Shown: positions 10,353 through 21,153, numbered from the stretch's first letter. The stretch is 64,000 bases of DNA from Planctomycetales bacterium (GCA_037441675.1 JBBIRS010000002.1:135249-199248); one strand, 5' to 3'. Notes: a model not told the origin generated them from the letters alone. Numbers and translations are program-made.

Positions 10353-12405
10353 TTCCCCCCACCCCGTAAAGCTTCACTCTCCTAAGGAGAAAACAAAATA
10401 TTTGAACGATGATATAAGATAAAACGAACGCCAACAAGCTGAGGAACAGCCCAAAAGTTGCTCTAAGGAAGCTAACCTGAAATGCTGTGTGAAAATGACA
10501 AAATGTATTCACCACGCTAGTCATACCTAACATTCCTATGGCAAGCAATAGTAAAAGGCTCCTGTGATAAGTCCTAAGGAGCACAAAATACCAAATGAAC
10601 GACAGGTGACCAATAAGCTCTGTATTTCTGGGTCTAATGCCAAAAAGGGCTTCAAGGGTACTTCTAAAGGATCGCTCTGATGTGGAAACCAGAAAACCAA
10701 ATTCATTACCAGCCCTAACAACAGCAAGGGCTAAAACAGCAAATAGTAGCAGTATCAGTGTTAAGTCTAAGTAAGTTACTGGAAATCCGAAAACTCTATC
10801 CACTCTGGTATAAAAATTCTTTTCAATGGGCTTTGTGACCAAAGTTGGGAGTTCATAGGAATAAAATAGGGCAAGAAAAACAGGAAGTACCCTAGCTAGA
10901 ACAACACCCCTAAAGACCTCTACTTTGGTAAAGACAGAGATGCTATGGTAAAGGGCAAATATGATAAGTCCACCTGCAAGGCTTAAAAGCATTACTACCC
11001 CAAAAGCGATCAATGAATGGCTGATTGGATTAAGACGAGACTTACTTGCGTTGTTTTTCTGCCTGTGGGAGAGGTATGAGTATGCGAAATTGACTCCAAC
11101 TTGTGGAGCTGTAAGTGCCATAAGAAGTCCCAATCCTTCCGTTAAAAGCGTCATTTCAGGCGGAAAGTATAGACTTAAAATGAAGAGACCAAAAGCTAAC
11201 AATAGCATAATAGGATGAATGAGATACTGTGCGATTTTACTCTGTGGGAAGAAAAGCCAAAAGAAGAGTATTAGGAACAGGAATATCAGCATCATAATAA
11301 ATGGTTTTAACCACAACGGCAAAAATGCCATCGGATTTGACAAATCCAGTGATAGTTCCATTCCTAGCTCATCTTGAAGCTTCTTTCTAAGTTGAGATAT
11401 GAATTCTTTGTTCGTGAGAGAAATTTTTTGCGCTAGCGTATCATCGGAGAGCTTCTTAGTATCAGCTGAAAGAGGACGAATATAGAGGATGCGCGGGTTG
11501 CGTTCTTTCACAGCACGCAAATATCTTGCCAGTATCTCATCTGTATTCATTTTGGCAACTTCTGAGGGTGTAATGCTATGAACCCAAAAGACTTTCTCCG
11601 GTGCGACGAGTTGAGAAAGTTGGGCTAAGCCTTCAACTTCAGAAAACTCAGGAACGCCTAGGTGTCCCTCTAATTCTTTGGCAACGAATGGAAGATTATT
11701 AGGGTACCCCAAAACACTATCACCTTGAAAAATGATGATTTTATTTTTCTCAGGCGACTCTGGCACAAGATTAAGCTTTTCCCTAATTCCTTCTTCAGTA
11801 AATAGACCATTGCCGCTTGGGCGAAATAGATATCCAAATCGCTTTGGATGAGGAACTTCGGGATGAAGGTATATACCAATGGAGAGCTTTTCCTCCTCCT
11901 CTTCTGGCATAAGTGGAAGAATAAGCTCTATTTCAACGTCCTGCTCGGATAAATTGATAGTAACATCATAAATTCCACTCACCTGATAGGAGAGAGTGTC
12001 AAAAATCACTTTTCGCAAGGACATTGAAAGAATATCCGCGATGTTTCCCTTCTGGAAAGTCTGGGCAGACTTCAATTTACGAACGATTGGCTCATCAAAA
12101 AGCAGAGCACGGGGAATTTTTATTTTGACATGCTTCTTGAAGCCATTCACTTGCGGAGGATACTGGACGTATCCCAAACTTGTCAGAGAAGCTAACGTTG
12201 CCTCACTCACTGAAATTGCAGAATTCTCTGGAAAATCAAAGAAAACTCCAGCTTTCCCTAAGATGGAAAATGCATCACCATCAAAAACCAACATAACATT
12301 TTTGAAATTTTTGTCCCATGCCACACGCTCAAATATTGAGAGAACAACAGAAATAGCACCGAGAAGTAAAAAGGCAGATATCAGAATGAGGGAAATCTTT
12401 TTCAT
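10345..12405 (-). CDS. DUF5693-like multi-pass membrane protein
   Basis: R.LRAVKERN.RILYIRP, FRGV, VRAGNE, GIRPR.TELIGH, SVVNTFCHFHT motifs; overlaps the csaB start (known synteny). Confidence 0.8.
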   Translation of the reverse strand: MKKISLILISAFLLLGAISVVLSIFERVAWDKNFKNVMLVFDGDAFSILGKAGVFFDFPENSAISVSEATLASLTSLGYVQYPPQVNGFKKHVKIKIPRALLFDEPIVRKLKSAQTFQKGNIADILSMSLRKVIFDTLSYQVSGIYDVTINLSEQDVEIELILPLMPEEEEEKLSIGIYLHPEVPHPKRFGYLFRPSGNGLFTEEGIREKLNLVPESPEKNKIIIFQGDSVLGYPNNLPFVAKELEGHLGVPEFSEVEGLAQLSQLVAPEKVFWVHSITPSEVAKMNTDEILARYLRAVKERNPRILYIRPLSADTKKLSDDTLAQKISLTNKEFISQLRKKLQDELGMELSLDLSNPMAFLPLWLKPFIMMLIFLFLILFFWLFFPQSKIAQYLIHPIMLLLAFGLFILSLYFPPEMTLLTEGLGLLMALTAPQVGVNFAYSYLSHRQKNNASKSRLNPISHSLIAFGVVMLLSLAGGLIIFALYHSISVFTKVEVFRGVVLARVLPVFLALFYSYELPTLVTKPIEKNFYTRVDRVFGFPVTYLDLTLILLLFAVLALAVVRAGNEFGFLVSTSERSFRSTLEALFGIRPRNTELIGHLSFIWYFVLLRTYHRSLLLLLAIGMLGMTSVVNTFCHFHTAFQVSFLRATFGLFLSLLAFVLSYIIVQIFCFLLRRVKLYGVGGNA

Positions 12406-12416
12406 AACTCTGTTAG

Positions 12417-12821
12417 TTAAGGCTTAAGCCCTCGAATAAAAATTTTAGCGGAATCATCAATGACAATTCGAGCTTCATTGACAGATGCCACTAAGTATAG
12501 ATGATACGGACTTAAATCCCTTGAAGTAAGTACCGTGCCTGATGTCACATCAACTATCCGAGTAGCATCCAGGTTAACCTCTCGTAAATGTAGGGGATGA
12601 TCAGAAGGTTCAACCAGCAAAAACTCGGTTCCCATCTCAAGCTTTAGAAAATCCCCGGCTTTAAGATTGAGCTCCTGCCATTTAGCATACCAATCTACGT
12701 ACGTCTTTGTTACAAGCGGGTCTTCCTTACTGCCTGGCTCTGGAACCTTTGCTAGAACCACGCCTAATAAACTTATTCCCACTAGAATCAAATAAAGGAT
12801 AAATAAGTATCTATAAACCAT
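12417..12821 (-). CDS. Conserved hypothetical exported protein
   Basis: Signal peptide then PGSKEDPLVTKTYVD, GTEFLL, DVTSG, HLYLV; SD GGAGG. Confidence 0.75.
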   Translation of the reverse strand: MVYRYLFILYLILVGISLLGVVLAKVPEPGSKEDPLVTKTYVDWYAKWQELNLKAGDFLKLEMGTEFLLVEPSDHPLHLREVNLDATRIVDVTSGTVLTSRDLSPYHLYLVASVNEARIVIDDSAKIFIRGLKP

Positions 12822-12880
12822 TTAGCCTCCCATAAATCAGGTGAAATAGAATTGTAATCCTCAACTCGCTATTAAAGTCG

Positions 12881-13630
12881 CTATTCAGTCTCCGCTTCAA
12901 TTACAATGTAATTTCCCTCAATAGAGAACTTCGTTATCACTAGATTCTTATCCAACTGGTTAACCTTTATCTTTGGTGCAAACCTTAGGATTAGCTTATC
13001 AAGTAATTCTGACTTCAGCTCAAATCCAGTGCCATCAGTTTTAAGCAAGTTAAACAAAATTTCTCCATCTTTCAGGGTAAACTTGCCATCAAAACTAACT
13101 TCGACGCTTTTCCCAAAAAATTCAACCTTTGCATCCACTTTCGCATCGATACCACTGCTCTCCTCCTCGGTAGCACTAGATATTTTACGTAAACTAATAG
13201 AAATGTTTCGCAATCCAAACTTTGCTCCTCTCTTAAGCCAAGCGTTAGCAATTTCCTCCACAGCCACTCTAAACGCAACATTTGATTCCCCAGCGCTCTC
13301 CACGATTGGAGGCTTTCGAAAAATGACGTTTAAGAGGTTGACCTTTATATTCTCCGAATGAAATTCAAGATTTTCAATCCTCAGTCCTTCAATAACAGCT
13401 TCCTTTGAGCTAATATCAATAATGCGAACTCTACCGTTGAGGGTATCCAAAAGGTTCCCATACTGAATGTTAACATCAGCGCTAGGAGGAAGCATAAAGT
13501 GTCTACGAACTTCGTCAGGCAACTCATTCTGAATGAAGTTGTAAAGTAGAAAATAACCCCCAATTAACAGAAGCAATAACAAGATTACAAGTGAAACGAA
13601 GAATTGAAGTAGCCGACGAAGGCACCCCAA
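12881..13630 (-). CDS. DUF2993/LmeA-like lipid-binding protein with N-terminal membrane anchor
   Basis: MGCLRRLL plus TM segment; LLDTLNGRVR.I.I...EAVIEGLRIE.L pattern; beta-rich remainder. Confidence 0.6.
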   Translation of the reverse strand: MGCLRRLLQFFVSLVILLLLLLIGGYFLLYNFIQNELPDEVRRHFMLPPSADVNIQYGNLLDTLNGRVRIIDISSKEAVIEGLRIENLEFHSENIKVNLLNVIFRKPPIVESAGESNVAFRVAVEEIANAWLKRGAKFGLRNISISLRKISSATEEESSGIDAKVDAKVEFFGKSVEVSFDGKFTLKDGEILFNLLKTDGTGFELKSELLDKLILRFAPKIKVNQLDKNLVITKFSIEGNYIVIEAETE

Positions 13631-13632
13631 AA

Positions 13633-15432
13633 CTAGCTAACCTCCACCCGCCAATCAACAATGTCAGCTTCCTCTGGCACGGAGCCAGGTGCATTTTCCA
13701 CATTCTCAAGTTGCTCCCTGCTTTCATCTATATTAAAACCGATTTTTACATCCACTACTACGGGTTTCCCAAGCCAGTCAAGTACTCTGCCAAAATCCTC
13801 CGGGTTAGTCTCTTTATCTATGCCGGTTGTAGCGACCATAAAATCAACCAGGAATTGGCTTGGCTCCCTACCCAAGAGGTCGGTAAACTGAACGGGATCA
13901 ATCTTTAACTGAATTGAATTTCTATCGACGTTTATTCCACGAAACCAAGGTTCATTCACAATAGCTCTTGGTATCTCATCCGTCCAATAAAGGACTGCTC
14001 CTCGGAAAACAGAATCTGTTGTTCCATCTAGAATAGTTATAGAATTCCCTCCACTGCCATCAAGGGAATTCACTACCGCTAAATCCTGAAGCTCATTTTG
14101 GTCGTAATCAATTATCGCGGAACGAATCGGTAAACTACCAGTTGGCGCGGATACTGGCTCCGTGAACTGCCCATCCCCCTGTCCTAGAAACCTTCTGATT
14201 GAGTTGCTACCACTCTCAGTTACTATCAGCTCAGGGTTAGTATCGCGATTAAGGTCAAAAAATATAACATAAGTGGGCGATAATCCAACTTGCAAAGAAG
14301 TTGCATGACTATAGGTTCCATCCGCATTGCTAAGAAAGATAGAAATGGAATTTCCCAAATCTCCATTAAAAGAATTAGCAACCGCTATATCAGCAAATGA
14401 ATCATCATTCAGCCGAGCAACCGCTATGCTTGCAGGGGCTCGTCCAGTCGGAAGAGGATTTTCAAAAACAGGCGTAAAAAGTCCATCACCTGAACCCCTT
14501 AGGACAGAGATAGAATTCCCACCTTCTCCATCAAACCCGTTGACAACAAATAGGTCAATTATCCCATCTCCTTCATAATCGTTTGCTACCACATCAACAG
14601 GCGTTTTCCCCACGGGAAGGAAAAGAGGTTTACCAAAACCTTCTTCTCCTTTCAGAATGATAGCAATTGCATTCCCAACCTCTGAATCCGTAAAAATGGT
14701 AACCGCCAAATCCACCTTGTCATCGTTATTAAAGTCTGCCTGTGCAATTCCAAGGGGCTGGGCTGGAAGCTGAATTTTAGGACCGTTTTCAAATACACCA
14801 CTGCCATCATTTAGAAGAACTTGGATTGAGCGTCCCTCTTCCGTGTCCGCAAAGTTGGTAACTGCCAAATCGTAATCACCATCATTCTCATAGTCAAATA
14901 TCGCTAGCCTTGAAGGTTCATCACCAACCGTATAATCTACTTTTGCTGAAAAAGTCCCATCCTTATTGTTTAAAAGAATGGAAACAGTATCATCATTACT
15001 GTTGACTACAACTAAGTCTGGGTAAGTGTCATTGTTCAAATCTTGAGATAAGACATCCACAGGACCACGGCCAACTGGCGTGAGTTTAGGTAAGTCTTCT
15101 CTGGTAAGCGTCCTTAGAACAGTTGGGGAGGTTGTGGGAGCATTACCGTTGAACACAACGTACCTTTCCCAATTTTTCCCCCTATCTGGGCCAGAAACAA
15201 ACGCCCAGGGCCTGCTATCCTCGTCCCTCTTGGGGGCATTGCTAAAGTTGAACACAAAGAAGTAGTAGAGGGATGCTGAGAAGTCTGCCCTTGTCTGAAA
15301 GGTTAAGAGAATTTCAACAGGTTTTGCACCGGGTGTCTCAGGTGTAGTCTTATCTCTCGCACAGGCAGAGAAGAGTAACAATAAAAAGGTAACACCAACT
15401 ATTGATATCAATTTCTCGCTAGTTCTAGCCAT
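13633..15432 (-). CDS. FG-GAP/VCBS-repeat lipoprotein (integrin-alpha-like propeller)
   Basis: Lipobox FSAC; about seven D.N.DG..DL.V.N......SIL.N.GDG.F repeats; ATG at 15432 preferred. Confidence 0.88.
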   Translation of the reverse strand: MARTSEKLISIVGVTFLLLLFSACARDKTTPETPGAKPVEILLTFQTRADFSASLYYFFVFNFSNAPKRDEDSRPWAFVSGPDRGKNWERYVVFNGNAPTTSPTVLRTLTREDLPKLTPVGRGPVDVLSQDLNNDTYPDLVVVNSNDDTVSILLNNKDGTFSAKVDYTVGDEPSRLAIFDYENDGDYDLAVTNFADTEEGRSIQVLLNDGSGVFENGPKIQLPAQPLGIAQADFNNDDKVDLAVTIFTDSEVGNAIAIILKGEEGFGKPLFLPVGKTPVDVVANDYEGDGIIDLFVVNGFDGEGGNSISVLRGSGDGLFTPVFENPLPTGRAPASIAVARLNDDSFADIAVANSFNGDLGNSISIFLSNADGTYSHATSLQVGLSPTYVIFFDLNRDTNPELIVTESGSNSIRRFLGQGDGQFTEPVSAPTGSLPIRSAIIDYDQNELQDLAVVNSLDGSGGNSITILDGTTDSVFRGAVLYWTDEIPRAIVNEPWFRGINVDRNSIQLKIDPVQFTDLLGREPSQFLVDFMVATTGIDKETNPEDFGRVLDWLGKPVVVDVKIGFNIDESREQLENVENAPGSVPEEADIVDWRVEVS

Positions 15433-15496
15433 AACAAATGTGATTATAACAGGCGAATTTATGTTCAAAGAAGAATGTCTTTTAATCCCAATTTCA

Positions 15497-16024
15497 CTAT
15501 ACTAACTCAATTATGACTTGATTGAGAGCTACATTATCACCCTTCTTCAATTTAACTTCTTTCACTATTCCTTCAACGGTGCTTCCTATTTCATTCTCCA
15601 TTTTCATAGCCTCAAGCACACCCACAACCTGACCAAGTTCCACCTTATCTCCAGGCTTAACATATATATCAAGAATTTTGCCGGGCATAGGAGCAATTAT
15701 TACCTTTTCCACAGAGGGACCAGCACTTGATGTTCTATACTTCTCGAGAAGATTTTCAAGCTCAACTTGCCTAGGAGATTTTACTTCAACTTCGTAAGAC
15801 CTACCTGAATGAATGACTTCCTTCAAAACACCGTAGCGTCTTATAAACTCAAAAAAGCCAATCGACCCCCCAATACCAAGTGTAATTGAAGTGGGTTTGG
15901 TCTCCACAATTTCTATTGGTATCTCTTCTCCGTTGCAATTAACTAGGTACGAATCTTCTCGTTCAGGGTTTACTTTTATGTCTAATTCAAATTTCTGCCC
16001 ATTCACTATTACAACTAATTTCAC
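15497..16024 (-). CDS. Biotin carboxyl carrier protein (acyl-CoA carboxylase biotin/lipoyl subunit)
   Basis: APMPGKI...LEAMKMENEI biotinylation motif. Confidence 0.93.
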   Translation of the reverse strand: MKLVVIVNGQKFELDIKVNPEREDSYLVNCNGEEIPIEIVETKPTSITLGIGGSIGFFEFIRRYGVLKEVIHSGRSYEVEVKSPRQVELENLLEKYRTSSAGPSVEKVIIAPMPGKILDIYVKPGDKVELGQVVGVLEAMKMENEIGSTVEGIVKEVKLKKGDNVALNQVIIELV

Positions 16025-16064
16025 CTATTAACCACCATGTAGGGATTTGAGAAATCCAAAAAAA

Positions 16065-17609
16065 CTATAGCTCCCGCCTACCGAAAGGTTCATTCCAGCT
16101 TGAAAGTTTCTGTTTGCGCTCAGCGGAGGAATCCTCGCTAATGGTCATAGTTTGCCTTTGCGCCAAGATGTAAGACAAGGCGGAAGCGATAGCCACGCGC
16201 CTTATATTCCTCTCTTCAAACTTGCCGGTAAGAAATTTCTTTATTTCCTCCGCATTAAAGTACCTATCCACAAAAGAAGTGGTAAATTCAGCGTTCAAGA
16301 AAGCTGGATGAGACATTACATATTGATGAAACGGAATTGTAGTTTTAATGCCGGTGATAATGAATTCACCCAATGCCCGCAACATCTTATTTATAGATAC
16401 TTCACGGGTATTGCCGTGTGAGATTAACTTGCCTATCAAGGAATCGTAGTAAATTGGAACTGTGTAACCCTCGTAAACATGTGTGTCTAAACGGATCCCA
16501 TTACCCATAGGTGGAATGAATCTGTTAATCTTTCCTAGGGTTGGAATAAAATTCTTAAGAGGGTCTTCCGCGTTTATTCTTGCTTCAATGGAATGCCCGC
16601 TGAAACGGATGTCCTCCTGCGTATAGGATAATTCTCTTCCCTCAGCGATATAAATCTGCTCACGAACCAAGTCAGTGTTTGTTACCATTTCAGTAACCGG
16701 ATGCTCAACCTGTAACCTAGTATTCATTTCAATAAAGAAGTAGTTTTTATTATTATCAAGAAGAAATTCAACGGTTCCAGCGTTAATGTAACCTGAAGCT
16801 TTAGCAATTCTAACAGCAGACTCCCCCATTTCCATTCTCAAGGAGGGCGAGAGGGCTGGGCTTGGAGCCTCTTCAATGAGTTTTTGATACCGCCTTTGAA
16901 TTGAGCATTCCCTCTCACCTAGATGAATAACGTTTCCGAACTGATCAGCAAGTATTTGAAATTCAATGTGCTTTGGATTTTCTACATACCTCTCCAGGAA
17001 AAGAGCGTTAGAACCAAAAGCAGTTTGAGCCTCGCTTTGAGCAGAATGAAATGTTGTTTCAAGGTCTGATTCTTTTTGAACTATGCGCATACCCCTGCCC
17101 CCACCACCCGCAGCTGCCTTTATGATAAGAGGCAATCCATGCTTCTTGGCGAAACTTCTAGCTTCATCTACCGTGGTTACAGGTTTTTCGGTTCCGGATA
17201 TCACAGGAACGCCAACCGACTGAGCAGTCTTCTTTGCGAACAATTTATCTCCAAGATCGTGAACGTTCTTCGGTGTAGGACCGATAAATATAATCTTCTC
17301 GTCCGAAAGAGCCTGAGCGAACTCTTCGTTCTCAGCCAAGAAACCGTAACCAGGATGAACAGCATCAACTTTATACTTCTTGCATATATCTATTAGAAGC
17401 GGAATGTTAAGATAAGTTTCCTGGGGAGTATTGCCTGGCAAGCGTTCGCCAAACTCACTTAAAACAATATGCAGTGCGTTATGGTCAGCGTCCGAGAATA
17501 CAGAAACAGTTTCAATACCAAGCTCTCTACACGTGCGTATAATGCGTACGGCTATCTCACCTCGATTTGCTACAAGAATTCTTTTTATTCTCTTAAGTCT
17601 TGTCGCCAT
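16065..17609 (-). CDS. accC: Biotin carboxylase subunit of acetyl/propionyl-CoA carboxylase
   Basis: ILVANRGEIAVR, HPGYGFLAEN, KAAAGGGGRGMR, RECSIQRR, EMNTRLQVEHPVTE, YYDSLIGKLI. Confidence 0.95.
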   Translation of the reverse strand: MATRLKRIKRILVANRGEIAVRIIRTCRELGIETVSVFSDADHNALHIVLSEFGERLPGNTPQETYLNIPLLIDICKKYKVDAVHPGYGFLAENEEFAQALSDEKIIFIGPTPKNVHDLGDKLFAKKTAQSVGVPVISGTEKPVTTVDEARSFAKKHGLPLIIKAAAGGGGRGMRIVQKESDLETTFHSAQSEAQTAFGSNALFLERYVENPKHIEFQILADQFGNVIHLGERECSIQRRYQKLIEEAPSPALSPSLRMEMGESAVRIAKASGYINAGTVEFLLDNNKNYFFIEMNTRLQVEHPVTEMVTNTDLVREQIYIAEGRELSYTQEDIRFSGHSIEARINAEDPLKNFIPTLGKINRFIPPMGNGIRLDTHVYEGYTVPIYYDSLIGKLISHGNTREVSINKMLRALGEFIITGIKTTIPFHQYVMSHPAFLNAEFTTSFVDRYFNAEEIKKFLTGKFEERNIRRVAIASALSYILAQRQTMTISEDSSAERKQKLSSWNEPFGRREL

Positions 17610-17614
17610 AATGT

Positions 17615-18604
17615 TTATGAAGTGGCTAGGATTTTTACCAATTCAGAAATTATAGCCTCAGCCGCGGAATAAGTATCTATTTCACCAGATTCCACAAGTT
17701 CTGAGTATTTCTCGTGCAGTTCGTGAAGAGCCTTATTTTCATTAAGGGACATACGCACTTTACTCTCCACGATGAATCTGAGCTCGTTCATTATCTGCCT
17801 TCTTCTACGCTCCTTCTGAAGTCCCCTGTCCTTGAGGAACTTCTGATGTTCATAGAAAGCGTTCAAGATTTCACTCACGCCCTCACCGCTAATTGAGCAA
17901 GTTTTTATTACTGGCGGTATCCAGTTTAACTTATCCTCAATTGATGATAGCAGCAACGAAACTTCACTAAAAAGACCGTCCGCACCGGGGCGGTCAGCTT
18001 TGTTTATTACGTAAATATCAGCTATTTCCATTACTCCGGCTTTCATCGTTTGAATCCCATCTCCGCTTTCAGGTGAAAGAAGTAGAACAACGCTATCGGC
18101 AATATCCACAATATCAAAGCCGGTCTGCCCCATCCCTACTGTCTCTACAATTACAATGTCGCTAGTGAAAACTTCAAGTATTCTAACCACATTTGCAGTA
18201 GCAGATGAAAGACCGCCAAGACTTCCCCTGCTTCCCATGCTTCTTATAAAGACGCCATCCGCCATTTGAGCGCTGTCCATCCTAATTCTATCTCCTAGAA
18301 TGGCTCCTCCAGAGAAGGGAGAAGTGGGGTCAACCGCAACGACAGAGACCTTCTTACCCTCACCATGAAGAATTTTAATGAGCTGATTAATTAACGTGCT
18401 TTTCCCCACGCCGGGACTTCCAGTTATACCTATTCTCGGCTTCTTAGCATAAAAGGGTGAGATGCCCTTTATAAAAGCTCTAGCGAAATTAGAATCATTT
18501 TCAAGAAGAGAAATTATCCGACCAGTCGCCCTTACGTTTCCTTGCCTCACTTCATTTATTAGGCTATTCAACTCGTCCGCTGTTACTGTTGCTTCACTTG
18601 TCAC
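17615..18604 (-). CDS. meaB: Methylmalonyl-CoA mutase-associated GTPase MeaB
   Basis: GITGSPGVGKST, AVDPTSPFSGGAILGDRIRM, ETVG.GQ, KAGVMEIAD, NKAD. Confidence 0.95.
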   Translation of the reverse strand: MTSEATVTADELNSLINEVRQGNVRATGRIISLLENDSNFARAFIKGISPFYAKKPRIGITGSPGVGKSTLINQLIKILHGEGKKVSVVAVDPTSPFSGGAILGDRIRMDSAQMADGVFIRSMGSRGSLGGLSSATANVVRILEVFTSDIVIVETVGMGQTGFDIVDIADSVVLLLSPESGDGIQTMKAGVMEIADIYVINKADRPGADGLFSEVSLLLSSIEDKLNWIPPVIKTCSISGEGVSEILNAFYEHQKFLKDRGLQKERRRRQIMNELRFIVESKVRMSLNENKALHELHEKYSELVESGEIDTYSAAEAIISELVKILATS

Positions 18605-19853
18605 TAGGCATATCTCCCTTTATTACACCACTTTCTACATTTGAATCTATCGCTTCCCTTGTCTTTCTAACAGAAGGCCTAGCTCCAAAGACAAATATTT
18701 TTTGACTGCTAATATCGGTCACAAAAATCTCATCGTTTTCAGAGATTGCAATTTGGTTAGGTTGGCGCATTTCAACGTGCCGAAGGCTAAATAATGGCGT
18801 AAAACGTGGCGAGAATGCTATTACTTCCGGTTTGTTTGGAGACGCGTCTACGAGAAAAACTACTCCATCCTTCATCACTGCTATATCAATTGGGTCATCG
18901 AAAACAGGAATGGGCGTTTCTCCTATCCTGGCATTTATAATCTTTAGTACTTCACCATCTCTAGAATAAATCTTTATTCGCTTATTCCCCCTATCAACTG
19001 TGAGAATTTTGTCACGGAAAAATGTAACACCTGAAATCGCATCAAATTGATTCTGCCCACCGCCTGCAGATGTCCAATCGAGATAAGCGCGCTGTCGGCG
19101 TTCCATCGTTGGTTCTGAAAATACTTTTTCCAGGAAGTAAATATAGTTACTCTTGTGTCTAATATTACTCGTAAATAGAATCTCCTCGCTAAACACGTCA
19201 ACGGTGAAGAAACAGTTATTTAGCGTATCGCTTATAACTGTTACACCCTCCTCGTCAATATCAAAGGATATAGGGAACAGAGCGGGAATCTTTATCCTCC
19301 CCAGGGGAATCCCCGTCATTGTAAAACGCATTATACTTGGCACAAGACGAGCCTTATCTCTGTTTGGTTCTGAGTACAAGTTGTTAAGCACAAACACTTC
19401 ATCTTGAAAAACTGCAATATCCGCGGTCCTAAAGAGAAGATTTGCGTTAAGAGCGGTAATAGCAACTGGTGAATTGAGTTCCTCTTCACTTGCATTAACG
19501 TTTCTTGCCATTTCCGATTGCGAAGAGGTTGTTTCAGCTAAATTAACACCGCTACCAAATGAATACAAGAATTCCCCATCAGTGGTAAACACCTGAACTC
19601 TAGAGAGGACTGCGTCACCCACATACACCTTGCCTTCCGAAACCGCAATTCCACTAATTAACAGAAACTTACCATCTTGAGTTCCGGGACCCCCGAATAG
19701 ACGGAGAAAGACTACATCTAGAACCCCTGAAACATTTCCTCTGCTATTGCTCATCTCAACTCTTCTATATTCCAGCTCAGGGCTTACAGGGCAAGATGAT
19801 AAAAAGCTTGTTAGCATCAAGGCAGATATTAGTAAAGGAATGATTCTCATCAA
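18594..19853 (-). CDS. NHL-repeat beta-propeller lipoprotein
   Basis: Lipobox-like LSSC; repeats GG.G...G.F...SGIAV...VYVGD...RVQVF and GGGQNQFD.ISG...DRGNKRIKIY. Confidence 0.8.
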   Translation of the reverse strand: MMRIIPLLISALMLTSFLSSCPVSPELEYRRVEMSNSRGNVSGVLDVVFLRLFGGPGTQDGKFLLISGIAVSEGKVYVGDAVLSRVQVFTTDGEFLYSFGSGVNLAETTSSQSEMARNVNASEEELNSPVAITALNANLLFRTADIAVFQDEVFVLNNLYSEPNRDKARLVPSIMRFTMTGIPLGRIKIPALFPISFDIDEEGVTVISDTLNNCFFTVDVFSEEILFTSNIRHKSNYIYFLEKVFSEPTMERRQRAYLDWTSAGGGQNQFDAISGVTFFRDKILTVDRGNKRIKIYSRDGEVLKIINARIGETPIPVFDDPIDIAVMKDGVVFLVDASPNKPEVIAFSPRFTPLFSLRHVEMRQPNQIAISENDEIFVTDISSQKIFVFGARPSVRKTREAIDSNVESGVIKGDMPSDK

Positions 19854-19857
19854 TCAA

Positions 19858-21102
19858 TCAATCAGAACAGATAATATGACCAAGTTTTGTAGCTTTAGTT
19901 TGAATATAATCTTGATTGAACTCATTACGGATGACTTCTAGTGGGATTGGAACACGTTCAATTATGCTAATACCATAGGCCTCTAAACCAACCATTTTCT
20001 TGGGATTATTGGTGATTACCCTTATCTGCCTAACCCCTAAATCGCGGAGAATCTGAGCTCCGATACCATAATCTCTCATATCAGGCGGAAAACCGAGCTT
20101 AATGTTCGCCTCTACGGTGTCAAGACCAGTATCCTGAAGGTGATAAGCGCGGATTTTATTCATAAGCCCAATGCCTCTTCCTTCCTGCATAAGGTAAAGA
20201 AGAACACCTTTGCCTTCGCGAGCAATTATCTCCATTGCATACCTAAGCTGTGGACCGCAATCGCACCTCAAGCTACCGAGAACATCACCTGTAAGGCACT
20301 GGGAATGCACACGCACCAAAGTCGCCTCAGATTCATTTATGTCCCCAAAAACTAAGGCAACATGGTGTTCGCCGGTGGTTGGAACGTAGTAACCTATGAT
20401 GCGGAAAGTTCCGTAGATGGTGGGGAGCTCCGCTTCATCCACCTTCTGCACAAGGGATTCCCGCAATAGACGATATCTGACAATATCCTTCACATGAACC
20501 AGTGGTATTTTATGCATTCTAGAAAAACGCAGAAGGTCAGGGAGTCTCGCCATTGTGCCATCTTCATTCATAATCTCGCATACTACCGCACCTGGCTTAA
20601 GACCCGCCAATTTACAGAGATCAACGCTTCCTTCAGTTTGACCCACACGCTTCAACACTCCTCCGGACTCCGCTCTCAGGGGAAAGACATGGCCTGGTTT
20701 CGCAAGATCCCAAGGCTTACAATTTTCATCTATCAAAGCTTTAATAGTTGTAGCCCTATCAGCTGCGGAAATGCCAGTGGTCGTGCCTTTCTTTGCATCT
20801 ACACTGATAGTAAAGGCGGTATTATGAATCGCTGTATTCTCCGACGTCATTAATGGAAGTTGGAGAGCTTCTACTCGTTCTTTCGTCAGGGGAACGCAAA
20901 TTAATCCTCGCGCGTGCTTCGTCATAAAATTTATCTTTTCAGGAGTGCACATTTCAGCAGCGAGTACTAGGTCCCCTTCATTTTCACGCTCAAAGTCATC
21001 CATTAAAATGACAAAATTGCCTTGCTGAAGAGCGGATATAGCTTCTTCTATGCGCTTTTGAAAATCATCAGGATTCAATGATTCGTCCATAGAATCGTAC
21101 AT
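19858..21102 (-). CDS. ribBA: Bifunctional DHBP synthase / GTP cyclohydrolase II
   Basis: DDFERENEGD, TTGISAADR, RVHSQCLTGD, RCDCG, QEGRGIGL, TNNP. Confidence 0.97.
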   Translation of the reverse strand: MYDSMDESLNPDDFQKRIEEAISALQQGNFVILMDDFERENEGDLVLAAEMCTPEKINFMTKHARGLICVPLTKERVEALQLPLMTSENTAIHNTAFTISVDAKKGTTTGISAADRATTIKALIDENCKPWDLAKPGHVFPLRAESGGVLKRVGQTEGSVDLCKLAGLKPGAVVCEIMNEDGTMARLPDLLRFSRMHKIPLVHVKDIVRYRLLRESLVQKVDEAELPTIYGTFRIIGYYVPTTGEHHVALVFGDINESEATLVRVHSQCLTGDVLGSLRCDCGPQLRYAMEIIAREGKGVLLYLMQEGRGIGLMNKIRAYHLQDTGLDTVEANIKLGFPPDMRDYGIGAQILRDLGVRQIRVITNNPKKMVGLEAYGISIIERVPIPLEVIRNEFNQDYIQTKATKLGHIICSD

Positions 21103-21153
21103 ACCCCTAAACTTAGATACCTTTGGGTGTTACTTTCTTGTTGTTAGTTAAAT

